A stretch of 64,000 nt of DNA, taken from NCBI GenBank assembly GCA_965217775.1, contig CBDCJH010000002.1, positions 2,816,001 through 2,880,000 of the forward strand, written 5' to 3'. A model generated the notes under the pieces. The model was not told where the DNA came from. It saw nothing but the letters and a program-made list of their open reading frames with translations, and did no database searches. This stretch comes from Acidobacteriota bacterium (GTDB lineage Bacteria > Acidobacteriota > UBA6911 > RPQK01 > JAJDTT01). A program made the position numbers and the translations under genes. Each line of letters begins with the position of its first letter. Position 1 is the stretch's first letter. Positions 10,955 to 20,491 of this stretch are shown in pieces.

Positions 10955-11203
10955 CGGCGCTACGAGCGGGCCTCGACGGTGTTGACCTCAAACAAGAGAT
11001 TCGAAGAATGGGGCTAGATCCTGGAGGACGAAGTGACGGCAGCGGCGCTGCTGGACCGGGTCGTGCACCGGTGCCACATCGTCAACATCCGGGGCAACAG
11101 CTATCGGCTGCGCCGGCACGCCGAACTCTCCAACGCGATCCATCCGACGGCCGCCCGAGCGGTCAGTGCCCAGGAATCGGGCTCGGGAAGGAGGGGGGCA
11201 TGA
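10955..11203 (+). pseudogene. istB: IS21-family IstB helper ATPase, C-terminal remnant
   Basis: RRYERASTVLTSNKRFEEWG*ILEDEVTAAALLDRVVHRCHIVNIRGNSYRLR; in-frame TAG at 11015-11017; no N-terminus. Confidence 0.88.
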
Positions 11204-11304
11204 GGGGACCAGGTCCGGCGGCGGGGGCCCCCGTTGCGGTCGTTATACTCTCTCCACGAGGGCTCCCGCGATGTGTGCAGTATTCAATATCCATCTACAG
11301 ACCA

Positions 11305-11420
11305 GACAGGTGATCGCCGCCTTTGTCGAACGCTACAATCGTGGCCAGCTTCTGGAGCGCCATGAGTATCAGACCACAGTCCAAGGAGCGCCAAGAACTC
11401 ACCCGAAAGAGGGCATGATT
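11305..11420 (+). pseudogene. DDE integrase-core transposase C-terminal remnant (IS3/IS481-like)
   Basis: VIAAFVERYNRGQLLERHEYQT resembles the F..RYN....H...TP tail of rve transposases. Confidence 0.55.
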
Positions 11421-11503
11421 AAGGTACACTATTGTTCAAAAATATCGAGACCGTTTCAGTCATGCGGATCCAATTGCCGCGTGCCAGAGAGGGAATAAGC
11501 ACA

Positions 11504-12331
11504 ATGAAGGTCGGCAAACAATCGATATCTGCGCTGGGTTCAGTGATCACGGGGAATACCAATCTGTCGCCATATCGATCTGGCCCAGATCTAGTAGCCT
11601 TCTTCAACCAGTTCTGTGATGTTCAAGATAAGTACGGCAAGGGCTTTCCTTCTCGGTGGGTGTATGCTGAGGAGAAGCTTCAGGAACTCAACGACTCGCG
11701 GCAGTTCACCGATGCACTATTGGCTGCGGTCGATCCGCGTCACTTCTTGGACACGGATTTGGATTGTGAGGCAGTAGTAGAGCGCCTCAATCGGTTCCTA
11801 GAGTACGACGGTTACGCGATTCGTCGACGGGGTCTGCGTTGGGAGGTCATAGCGGTTGCTGGCGACACTGTGGAGGTCCTCAATCCGTTTGACGGCTCCG
11901 GCGATCTGACTCACGAGTTCATCGCCCAACAACTGGATAAGTCAAAGGAGCGGTTGGAAAGAGGTGATTACGACGGTGCCATCACTAGCGCGCGCTCGCT
12001 GCTTGAAGCGGTGTTGTCTGCGCTCGAACGAAAATACGATCCGAAGCGACCGGACTATGACGGGAACTTGGTGAGACTCTATCGACGAGTGCAACAGCAT
12101 CTGAACCTAACACCCGGTCAGGAGGGCCTTGCCGGCTGTCTACGACAGATTCTTTCGGGATTGGCAAGTGTGGTTCACGGTCTCTCAACGCTCAGAAACA
12201 GAATGAGCGACTCCCACGCTGTTACCTATCGGGCCGAAAAACACCACGCGCGTCTTGCAGTCAACTGCGCGCGAACGATGGCTCAGTTTCTGTTCGACAC
12301 GAGTGAATACCAGCAAGAAAGGGAAAGATAA
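11504..12331 (+). CDS. Abortive-infection family protein (Abi_C / AbiJ-like HEPN-type C-terminus)
   Basis: GDYDGAITSARSLLE and LSTLRNRMSDSH (RN-x4-H); N-terminus SPYRSGPDLVAFFN...FPSRWVY; ATG 11504 follows GAGGGA. Confidence 0.8.
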   Translation: MKVGKQSISALGSVITGNTNLSPYRSGPDLVAFFNQFCDVQDKYGKGFPSRWVYAEEKLQELNDSRQFTDALLAAVDPRHFLDTDLDCEAVVERLNRFLEYDGYAIRRRGLRWEVIAVAGDTVEVLNPFDGSGDLTHEFIAQQLDKSKERLERGDYDGAITSARSLLEAVLSALERKYDPKRPDYDGNLVRLYRRVQQHLNLTPGQEGLAGCLRQILSGLASVVHGLSTLRNRMSDSHAVTYRAEKHHARLAVNCARTMAQFLFDTSEYQQERER

Positions 12332-12389
12332 CAGGTCACTGCCTACCAAGAAGCCGCGCTAGACGTTAGTCTTGCCTGCCTTGATCTCT

Positions 12390-12750
12390 AACCCGGATCT
12401 TTCGGCAGAATGGGTGATAAAGTCCGCGTTCTCGTCTGGAAGAGCCTTGAATCTATGACTCAAAGAGTAGAAGGAACGCGACCTTATGAACACAGAGTAT
12501 ACAAGAACAAAGCTCAAATTTAAGGGCCTGACCGGACGGGTATCGTGGGTTGATTCGACGGCAGTGAGATCACCTTCGATGCCGGTGTCGTCCTCGTCCA
12601 CGAAGTGGACTATCGGGCTCGGCTTCCGTGCCGACTGAGCCAGTGCTTCACCAACCATCGCGATCCGGATCGAATCGAGCATTCCGTCGAGGGGATGATC
12701 ATGCAGCGGATCCTAGTCTGTGCCTGGGAGACGAGGATCTCAACTGCGAT
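12390..12750 (+). mobile_element. IS1380-family transposase 5' remnant (frameshifted)
   Basis: From ATG 12486: MNTEYTRTKLKFKGLTGR / FDGSEITFDAGVVLVHEVD...CFTNHRDPDRIEHSVEGMIMQRIL / LCLGDEDLN, matching the IS1380 FDGG..TSDAG, DPR...HS, GYEDLND pattern. Confidence 0.8.
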
Positions 12751-13029
12751 GCGCTAGTTGTAGTTGGCGATCCAGTTTAGGTTGAGGGTGGTCGAGGTCA
12801 TGCGACGGTGATAGGTGGGTATGCTCAGACCGTCCAGTCCGGACCGTTGACGTGCCAATATCAAGAGAGGGGGTTGTCCGCGGCGTTGAAGAGACCAGTC
12901 GCGGCGAGCAGGACCTCTGACCTGATCCTGCATCCCCATTGCGGCAATCTTTTTTCGCCGTTTCGGGCCATTCTGGCGAACCATTGGGCCTAGGGGTCGA
13001 GATTATCCTCTGTTATGGTGTGATGCCCT

Positions 13030-13434
13030 TCAGTGCTCATCACCTCCGGTGAGCACATACTCGTAACGATCCCCCTCGGTAGCCAGAAGCTTCAGGTAGA
13101 TCTCAAGCTCCACCGGGTCCAAGTGATCGGCCGGATGACGTATTTCGGCCACCAGCCGGCCTACTCTGTCGAACATGAAGTTCACCAATTCGGTCTCGGC
13201 ATTGCGGATCCACGCCCGGATAGCTAAGCGCCGTCTTTGCGTGCGGTTGCGATTAGCGGAGGGGGGTGCGAAAACGACGGTCGAGAACACATATTGATTG
13301 TCTTCGCGGACAACGTGGATTCGCTGCCGCCGCCCGCGAGTCGATAGGCCCACCAAGATTTCATCGCCCTCAACCACCCACTCAACTCCCTTCTTCAAGT
13401 CCAGCCGCTTCAGCAATTGACGAAGCTCACGCAT
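13030..13434 (-). CDS. Small protein, putative YbjN/T3SS-chaperone-like fold; last gene of the helicase operon
   Basis: 134 aa; 8-bp overlap with the helicase end; GRRQRIHV...LATEGDRYEYVLTGGD pattern. Confidence 0.7.
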   Translation of the reverse strand: MRELRQLLKRLDLKKGVEWVVEGDEILVGLSTRGRRQRIHVVREDNQYVFSTVVFAPPSANRNRTQRRRLAIRAWIRNAETELVNFMFDRVGRLVAEIRHPADHLDPVELEIYLKLLATEGDRYEYVLTGGDEH

Positions 13435-16400
13435 AATCGGAACTCTGTTCCCGCCGGGTCGGTTCTGCGTCGACGCCCAAGAGTTCCTCCTCCAGCCGGT
13501 CAGCCTGTTGCGCCGTGCGGCTAACCAACTCCTTGAACTCTTCGTACTGCGTACTTTCGGGGTCGAAAGGCAAGCTGGCCTCCACGCTGAGCGCGTGTTT
13601 CCGGTGTCGGGTTTCGAATCGGGCGCAAAGGCGCGGGTGGCCGAGTTCGGACTGTAGCCGCTGCAAGAAGTCCACGTTCGCAGGCTGTGTCAAGTCGATC
13701 AAGCCGATCTCGCTGGAACACTGAAGGAAGGTCGCACCATCAATTCCGGCCGAACGCAACTCGACACGGACGAGCTGCCTTCTACTTTCCCCGCGGCCAC
13801 TGCGATCCGAGGAATTCGCAGTTGTGGCGCCATCGCCTCCCTCTCGTGACACCTGCAAGACCCCTTCACGATGCAGTAACCGCTCTCGACCCGATTGTTC
13901 GATACATAAGTCCTGCACCAAGCGGTCCCAGTGGTCCTTCAACAGCGTTGCGAGTGCGCGGACATCAACCCGATGTAAACGGCTTCCGCCGACCGATCCC
14001 TCCAGCCATTCATCCTTAACGGGGAATGCCGACTCCAATCGGCCCTCAACGGGCGGAGGCAACTCGATCGACGCCAGAATCTCCTGGTTCTTATCGATTC
14101 GACGACTATGTGCCCGCCGTTTTGCCGACTCGTGTACGAGTCTCATAAATCTATCGAGCCGCTGCAGAACCCGCCGGACTTGCAGACGCTCCACAGTATC
14201 TTCGAGATGAGGGTAGTGGACTTGAATCTTCTCTTCGGGATCGGGTGCGCTATCCCTGCCATCGAGGCGGCGTTGGAGCAAGCTGCCGATCCGGTCCACC
14301 CTTCCTGTACGCTGCTCCATGGCAGAAGGGGTCCACGTGATGCCGTAGTGGACAACCTTGCGGCAGAACGTATGCAGATCTTCACCCTCCTGCAGCACAT
14401 CGGTACTGACGAGGACCAGAGGGAAACCCGGCATACGAAACTGTTGCACGGTGCGACCCGAAACCCTTCCCGACATGCGACCAACGGGATCCTGGTGTTG
14501 TAGGCCGCGACCGAAGATCTCGGCTACTGTCGACAGTTTGCCGTCCGGCACATTGGGAAAGTTGACCCCGATCAGGGTATCGAACGCCTCTGCCGCGCCC
14601 CTCAATTCGGAGAACGCGTGAAAGCCGGAATGTTCGCGCTGTTTGGCGAGCAGAGCCACGAATCGCTGGGCCAGGCTGCGGCTAGCACGACCGCCAGCCG
14701 GAGCAGGCTTTAGCTCGAATGAGCCGACCTCCTCAATGGCAAGCATATAGAGGTCTATGTACGCCGCGCCAAGCCGTGACATAGCGCTGAGAAGTTCGCG
14801 TCGCTGTTCCCGACGTCGGAAACGCTCGGCGAAGGTCCCTGCTTCTTCATCTGGCCACAGTTCTCTTCGAAGTTCAGGATGACGCACGAGCTCCGTAAAG
14901 AATGTGGTAGTGCCGATCGAGGACTCCGGCTGCGGAAACCCCCTTGGAGGATCAATGCGCTCTCCGTGAAAGTCGGGAAACCGACGTTTTAGCACCTCGC
15001 TTACCTGGCTGGCCCTATCTCCGCCCGCCTGCGCCAGGAGATGGAGGGCAGCCGATTGATACGCCTCGAAGACGTAGTAGCGTGGGTATCCCTCCGCCTG
15101 TTTCGTGCGATGCAGGAAATATGCCCAAGCGAATTTACGCAGGCGCGTTCGTAGTTCTCCTGGCGAAAACCTGAGAAGATCCGCCAAGCGTTTCAACGGT
15201 TCATCCGGCCGACCGAGCAGCCAGGAAACAAGGTCGTCCTCAAAGAGGGTGCTGTACACGGCTGCAGTAGCACTCAGGCGGTTCCTCTGGAAGGCTGCCC
15301 CCGACAGGACACCCTTGGGCCCCGCCCCTCGAAAGAACCAGCAGAAGAAATTCTCGCGGCCACCCGGGTCGTCGTCAGCGCCGTATAGAGGCGTATCACT
15401 CTCCGTTCCCGTTACTATGGGGTTGGCAAGACCGGATGTCGCCTCTGTGACCCCAGTGTCACCCTTTGTCTCGCTTGCAAAGCGCCGGAACAGCTCGTCG
15501 ATCTGGTTTCGAAGCTCTGGAAGCGCTTCTTCCATTCTTCGCCGAATCCAGCTGTCGAACTCCCAATCGAGGCGATGGGCTAACTCGTCCACCGTCGCAA
15601 CGCGCCGGACGAAGACAAGGGCCTTTTCTCCAGTCTTGAATGCGGAAGCCAGCGATCGGACCGCCGCGTCGAGCTTAGGGTGCGGCAGTCCCCTCTGAAA
15701 TCGTTGCCGATACGATTCGACGAGGGCGCTGAGTACCCGCGTGTCGGCACCACGCCGTTCCTCTTCGTTCCGGGTCTGTCGTCCATCGAAAGCGGCTTGG
15801 TCCTCTTCTCCTTCGGTCCGCTCTCGGTCGGTCTCCTCAGCCGCCAACTGCCTTTTCCGGACGCGGCTGACAGTTTCGAGGAAGCTCTCGAAAGAGGAAA
15901 GCATGCCGATCTGGAAATGATTCCCGAATCGCTCGTCGCCCAGCACTTCGGCCACCTTCTTCTGGACCAGACCGACGATGAGCCGTTGGCGCTGATCTTC
16001 GAACCGGATAGGTTTGTCGAACCGCCGGAATCCGCCGTAACGCCATTCCCGACGGTACATATTCTTGGTGTACTTCTCGTCCCCGATCTCCAGATAGGTC
16101 ACCCGCCGGATCAGCAGATTGGACGCAATCTCCCGTTTCGAGCTCTCCTTAAGATCGCCATTGGCCAGGCCGCTCACCAAGAACACCCGCCTCTTCCCAG
16201 CATCGCCCACTTGGACCTTGCCCACACCGAGCACGTCGAGTTGGCGCCAAATATCCCCGTAGTCATCTTCGAACGGAGTGGCCGAGAGGCAAAGGACGTG
16301 CTTGACCCGCGGTCGGTACCATGAGCAGTTGCGGACAACTCCGGAAGGATGTCCCAACGTGAGTCCCAGGATGCGATTGCGATTCGAGACGTGCCTTTCG

Positions 16401-17080
16401 CCCTGCGAGCCGAAGCCCTTCTTGAGGTTGTGGGCCTCGTCGACCACTAAGATGTCGATGTCCGGAACGAGCGCGTTAAGGGCACGCCCGTACTGCTCCC
16501 GGAACTCGTGCTCGGTAGTTGATGACAGGGCCGACCTGGGTAGCCAGGAAAGGTGTTTCCGGAGCTCCGCGCGGTATTTTTTCCGCGCCTCCGGTTGCCT
16601 CAGCGCCAAACTGAAACTCGTCATCCGAAGAAAGAAGTCGCGACCGTCATTGATCGTCAGCTCGCGCGCGAACGAGGCTAACGAGTGACACACCGTTGGT
16701 CGGTTTGCCGGGGTGCCCTGGACCGACTTCACCCGGTTGTCGGTTACGCGCCAATTGTTCCGTACGAAATTGCCCAGTTCCTTCACCCATTTGCGTTGGA
16801 TATTCTCTCGCGGGGCGACGACGAGCATTCGCGCGTCGGGGCGAAAATGGCGTACCAAACCCATTACCCCGAGAGCGACGTAGGTCTTGCCCATGCCGAC
16901 CTCGTCGGCGATGTAGGCGACGCGGTTTTCGGCAAGCATGTTGTGGGCGGCGACAGTTCCTTCCAGCTGCGACTTGGCAAACGCGGGGTCGATGAGGTGG
17001 CGACGGTGTCCGTTCCTGCCGTTAGACGAACCGCTGAAGTCGATGAGTTCGCGCGCGAAATCGACACCTATCCGTTTCAT
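13427..17080 (-). CDS. SF2 (SNF2-like) helicase with C-terminal YbjN-like domain; Azaca ZacC-like
   Basis: ADEVGMGKT, VVDEAHN, LSATP, HPKL, LVFVRR, STDVLQEGEDLH, EQRTGRVDR. Confidence 0.9.
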   Translation of the reverse strand: MKRIGVDFARELIDFSGSSNGRNGHRRHLIDPAFAKSQLEGTVAAHNMLAENRVAYIADEVGMGKTYVALGVMGLVRHFRPDARMLVVAPRENIQRKWVKELGNFVRNNWRVTDNRVKSVQGTPANRPTVCHSLASFARELTINDGRDFFLRMTSFSLALRQPEARKKYRAELRKHLSWLPRSALSSTTEHEFREQYGRALNALVPDIDILVVDEAHNLKKGFGSQGERHVSNRNRILGLTLGHPSGVVRNCSWYRPRVKHVLCLSATPFEDDYGDIWRQLDVLGVGKVQVGDAGKRRVFLVSGLANGDLKESSKREIASNLLIRRVTYLEIGDEKYTKNMYRREWRYGGFRRFDKPIRFEDQRQRLIVGLVQKKVAEVLGDERFGNHFQIGMLSSFESFLETVSRVRKRQLAAEETDRERTEGEEDQAAFDGRQTRNEEERRGADTRVLSALVESYRQRFQRGLPHPKLDAAVRSLASAFKTGEKALVFVRRVATVDELAHRLDWEFDSWIRRRMEEALPELRNQIDELFRRFASETKGDTGVTEATSGLANPIVTGTESDTPLYGADDDPGGRENFFCWFFRGAGPKGVLSGAAFQRNRLSATAAVYSTLFEDDLVSWLLGRPDEPLKRLADLLRFSPGELRTRLRKFAWAYFLHRTKQAEGYPRYYVFEAYQSAALHLLAQAGGDRASQVSEVLKRRFPDFHGERIDPPRGFPQPESSIGTTTFFTELVRHPELRRELWPDEEAGTFAERFRRREQRRELLSAMSRLGAAYIDLYMLAIEEVGSFELKPAPAGGRASRSLAQRFVALLAKQREHSGFHAFSELRGAAEAFDTLIGVNFPNVPDGKLSTVAEIFGRGLQHQDPVGRMSGRVSGRTVQQFRMPGFPLVLVSTDVLQEGEDLHTFCRKVVHYGITWTPSAMEQRTGRVDRIGSLLQRRLDGRDSAPDPEEKIQVHYPHLEDTVERLQVRRVLQRLDRFMRLVHESAKRRAHSRRIDKNQEILASIELPPPVEGRLESAFPVKDEWLEGSVGGSRLHRVDVRALATLLKDHWDRLVQDLCIEQSGRERLLHREGVLQVSREGGDGATTANSSDRSGRGESRRQLVRVELRSAGIDGATFLQCSSEIGLIDLTQPANVDFLQRLQSELGHPRLCARFETRHRKHALSVEASLPFDPESTQYEEFKELVSRTAQQADRLEEELLGVDAEPTRREQSSDYA

Positions 17081-19146
17081 GGAGTTCCGTCACCCTTCGC
17101 TTCCAACTTCGCCGCGTCAGTCACAAACATCTCCTCGAACCACGTCAGGAACTCCTCGCGATCCGGATCCGCCAGTTTGAGCTCCGATCGAATGTTCTCG
17201 ACCTCGCTAAGAAGGCATTCCAGCTTGCGGCCATCGTCGCGGTGCGCCGCCCAGTAGTTGGGCCATTCACGCTTTACCCGGACGGCAACCTGCTTAGCGT
17301 TAAGCAAGGTCACGTAGGCAACAACGGCATCCCGGGTTGTTCGCTCCAGTATTTTCCGCAAAAGCACAGGCAAAGAATCGTACTTCTCCCCGAAGAGACG
17401 GGCGGTGACCTCCGTTTCTCTCTGCTCGTCGAGCCTCTTGTTGATCCAGCGGCGGAGCCGTTCGAATGCGTGGAATACGCCTGCGAAACGGTCGAATACG
17501 GTCTCGACCCTCCCCACGGGTGACGTTGCCGGAGAAGGGCGAAGTCCTAGCAGGGCTTCGTCGGTTTCCAGACGATCGGCGAGGAACGCTTGCCTCTGCG
17601 ACTCAGAGAGGAGTGACCAGTACTGGAGAATCTCCTCTGGCGTCAACTGAGTCAGCAGGGACGGCTTGTGGGACATTCCTTCCTCCCGGATGAGGATGCG
17701 CCATTCGCACTTACCGCCAGTCGTCTGCGTCCGCGCAACCACGAAGCTGCTGGATTCCAAAAGCTCCTTCACCGAGTCGGCCGCCTCAGAACCGCAGTTC
17801 TCCCATTCGCCCGGCAGAGGCCGGTGAATGATGCACACATGCCCACCCGCGATCGATTGAAGGTGCACTTCTTCATTGTGGTTGGCGTCTGCCCGATACT
17901 CGAACGTGTGACGTGCCCAATCGTACCTCAGGGAGAGAGCCAGCCCGACCCTCTCGGAATTTCGGTCTTCGCTTGTCAACTGTTCCGCAAATTGTTCGGG
18001 AGGATCGTCTAGTGGCTCAAGCCACCAATCAGCGCGGTCGCTGCCGTCAGTGGTGTTGACCAGAAACGCGGCTTCAAGATTCCCCGCACTTGCCAGACTA
18101 TGCGCCGCCTGTGTCAGGTTCACAGATCCGACTAGCACCACGTCGCCCTCCCCACGACGCCAAAACCGGTAGACCTTGGCGTGAACCCGCCGGGCGGCGG
18201 TCCCCTCCGAGGACGATCGGTTCCCGGAACGTGTGACGGATGCGGGGAGGCGACTCCACTTGGCATTCGAGCCCACCGCTTCGTACTGCTCGGACGTTAC
18301 GGTAGGCGTTCCGTCGGCATCGGTCGGCAAGAATACACGCACCTCGCGGGGTCGCGTTGCTCGAACTAAGTTCTTGAGCGCTCCCGCACCGTGCGCGTCG
18401 AAGAAGGGAGAGACGATTTCGAGATTCCAATTGCGTTGGGAAATCCGGAGGCCTGCAAGCCAATCGGAAAGGGATGCCTGTCCCGTGAATAACCGCGTGT
18501 AGTAGCGTCCTCGCCAGCTTGCGTTTCGAGTGCTCAACCGCGGAGTGTCGTTTTGCACGAAGCGGCGAACCGTTTCAATGGCCCCGCCTTGGTCCTCTGT
18601 GCGGGCAGCGCTGGCTACAGCGCGGAGCGCGTCGAGCAGATCCTGGCGGAAGGTGCATCGTATATTGGTAGCCGACACCGTGTTGATTACCTCAACGTGT
18701 CCCGCCTCTACGCTTTCCCACCACCCAGCCCGCGTGAGGTTCGCCGAGAGCGTCGCCGCTATCAGACTCTGTGTCGGCGCGCTGCCCTCACTCGCTGGGT
18801 TCTCCACCAGCACCAGGACGAGCTTGGTATGGAAGATCCCGGTTCGGCCAACATCTACGCGGCGGAAATCGAGCCTCGCGGAGCGAGCGTTGTCCACGAG
18901 ACCGCTTCGATCGTAGTACACCGCAACATCGGACATCTCGCGTAAGCACTCTTCGAGCTGAACGAGCCGAACTTTTTCGACATGGCTGAATCCGCCCCTG
19001 AATCGACCCTCGAACAGAATTGGCAGAATCTCCAACTCGAAGAACTCGGGGTCGAATGTGTAGGTCGTGAAAACAGCCGCTGTGACCCGCCGTCCGGCAA
19101 TTGCTTTCGATATCTCGTCCGAAAGGACTCGTTTGGGAGCATTCAT
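17077..19146 (-). CDS. Phospholipase-D-family nuclease with two HKD-like motifs; Azaca ZacB-like
   Basis: TTYTFD, FHTKL...SANLT, VSPFFD, HAKVY...GSVNLT...NLEA; ATGA overlaps with both neighbours. Confidence 0.88.
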   Translation of the reverse strand: MNAPKRVLSDEISKAIAGRRVTAAVFTTYTFDPEFFELEILPILFEGRFRGGFSHVEKVRLVQLEECLREMSDVAVYYDRSGLVDNARSARLDFRRVDVGRTGIFHTKLVLVLVENPASEGSAPTQSLIAATLSANLTRAGWWESVEAGHVEVINTVSATNIRCTFRQDLLDALRAVASAARTEDQGGAIETVRRFVQNDTPRLSTRNASWRGRYYTRLFTGQASLSDWLAGLRISQRNWNLEIVSPFFDAHGAGALKNLVRATRPREVRVFLPTDADGTPTVTSEQYEAVGSNAKWSRLPASVTRSGNRSSSEGTAARRVHAKVYRFWRRGEGDVVLVGSVNLTQAAHSLASAGNLEAAFLVNTTDGSDRADWWLEPLDDPPEQFAEQLTSEDRNSERVGLALSLRYDWARHTFEYRADANHNEEVHLQSIAGGHVCIIHRPLPGEWENCGSEAADSVKELLESSSFVVARTQTTGGKCEWRILIREEGMSHKPSLLTQLTPEEILQYWSLLSESQRQAFLADRLETDEALLGLRPSPATSPVGRVETVFDRFAGVFHAFERLRRWINKRLDEQRETEVTARLFGEKYDSLPVLLRKILERTTRDAVVAYVTLLNAKQVAVRVKREWPNYWAAHRDDGRKLECLLSEVENIRSELKLADPDREEFLTWFEEMFVTDAAKLEAKGDGTP

Positions 19147-20450
19147 GAGGCGTGCCGAGGTGCAGCGGTGGCAGTCTGGGCCACCAACGCCTTAAGTGAA
19201 TCGATGAAGTACGAGTTACGCCATAGCGATGACATGCCTTCCGCCGCAGGGAGTTCCCGTTCGATGCCTCGGTACCGGACATCAAGTGCGCCACGGTCAT
19301 CCAGCCGCACCCACGGGGCAGCCCTTCGTCCAGTCATCACTAGCCTATTCCATTCCAGCAGCCCCTCTATCGCCACCTGGTAATTTCCGTGCGAGAGACC
19401 ACCATGCGTCTCCGCCATGCGCGCGGTTACTTCCGTGCCCACCAAGCTGGCTATTTCGTCTCGGATCTCGGCGAACTCGGCGGCGTCGAGATGAGGGATC
19501 CGCTCGCCCCAGCGCTCACGTAACGATTCTGCAATTCTGGCGGGGACCTGGCCATGCCGAGTTTGCAGGAATCCGAAGATTGCATCACAGGGCGCCAGTA
19601 GCGTCTCGAGGGCGAGAATTCGGCCGATCCGTCGCGCCAATTCAGCGTCGATCCTACGAGCGGATCGCATGATTGATACAAGCTCCGCTCGGTTGATGCT
19701 ATTCCGTAGCGAAGTGCGTTTTTCAAGCAGACGCCAGAGGGTTGCCTGTCGGCCCGACTTCATGTGATCGCAGTATTGTGCGTCGCACAGATAGGCTCGG
19801 TAGAACTTCCGTTCTGCTGCGGACAGTTCGCCACCGAGGATGCCGCGGAGCGCGGACACAATTGGGTCGGGTGGCTTTACTGCCAGTGTTCCCCCGCTCA
19901 TAACAAGGGTCTCAAGTCGTTTAAGCACCGGAGACAGACGCGGCATATATTGGCCCTCAATAAAATCACGCGCCTTGCAAGTAACGCCGACCGGCCCTTC
20001 GCGCAGAAGCTTCGAGACTCTGGCGGATACCGAAAACAGACCCCAAAGGCCGTAGGTCTTCTGGTCCGATAGAATCGTCGCGTCTGGCGTAGTCCCGATC
20101 TTTACCGTGGATCCACCTTCGGAGATGCGCCTTCTAACACGCTCGATTCCGAGAATGCGTCCCTCTGACCCGGCATCATCTCCGAGAGCGAGACAACGCA
20201 CATATCCGCACACCTGCTCAGTTCGGAGAAATACGTCAACGACATCTTCTTCGGAGATCTTGCCCTCTCTGAGCAACCGCTCACCCAAGTAGCGGCCGAG
20301 AAGGAGGACGGTGAACCCACGGAGCGAATCGGTCACCGTGGTGAGATTAGCGACGATGTGCCTTCCGAAAGCTGACCAGATGGGCTGAACGCCGAGTGGG
20401 TCGCGGGAACCCTTAACGCGGGCACGAGGATCTTCGAGGGTCAGGAACAC
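19143..20450 (-). CDS. Defence-associated hypothetical protein (DUF6361/ZacA-like)
   Basis: 435 aa; N-terminal RDPLG...LTTVT and YGLWG.F motifs, typical of proteins encoded before PLD+helicase pairs; GTG start. Confidence 0.7.
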   Translation of the reverse strand: MFLTLEDPRARVKGSRDPLGVQPIWSAFGRHIVANLTTVTDSLRGFTVLLLGRYLGERLLREGKISEEDVVDVFLRTEQVCGYVRCLALGDDAGSEGRILGIERVRRRISEGGSTVKIGTTPDATILSDQKTYGLWGLFSVSARVSKLLREGPVGVTCKARDFIEGQYMPRLSPVLKRLETLVMSGGTLAVKPPDPIVSALRGILGGELSAAERKFYRAYLCDAQYCDHMKSGRQATLWRLLEKRTSLRNSINRAELVSIMRSARRIDAELARRIGRILALETLLAPCDAIFGFLQTRHGQVPARIAESLRERWGERIPHLDAAEFAEIRDEIASLVGTEVTARMAETHGGLSHGNYQVAIEGLLEWNRLVMTGRRAAPWVRLDDRGALDVRYRGIERELPAAEGMSSLWRNSYFIDSLKALVAQTATAAPRHAS

Positions 20451-20491
20451 GGTAGAAAACGTTAGGCTACCGGTGCGAGCATCACCACCGG

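Noticed and set aside
11015-11017. Amber readthrough (pyrrolysine) in istB
   Set aside because: The fragment lacks its N-terminus and istA; simple decay is sufficient
12359-12682. 107-aa minus-strand ORF
   Set aside because: It is antisense to the IS1380 remnant
12754-12984. 76-aa ORF or possible further IS relic
   Set aside because: No motif that I can assign with confidence
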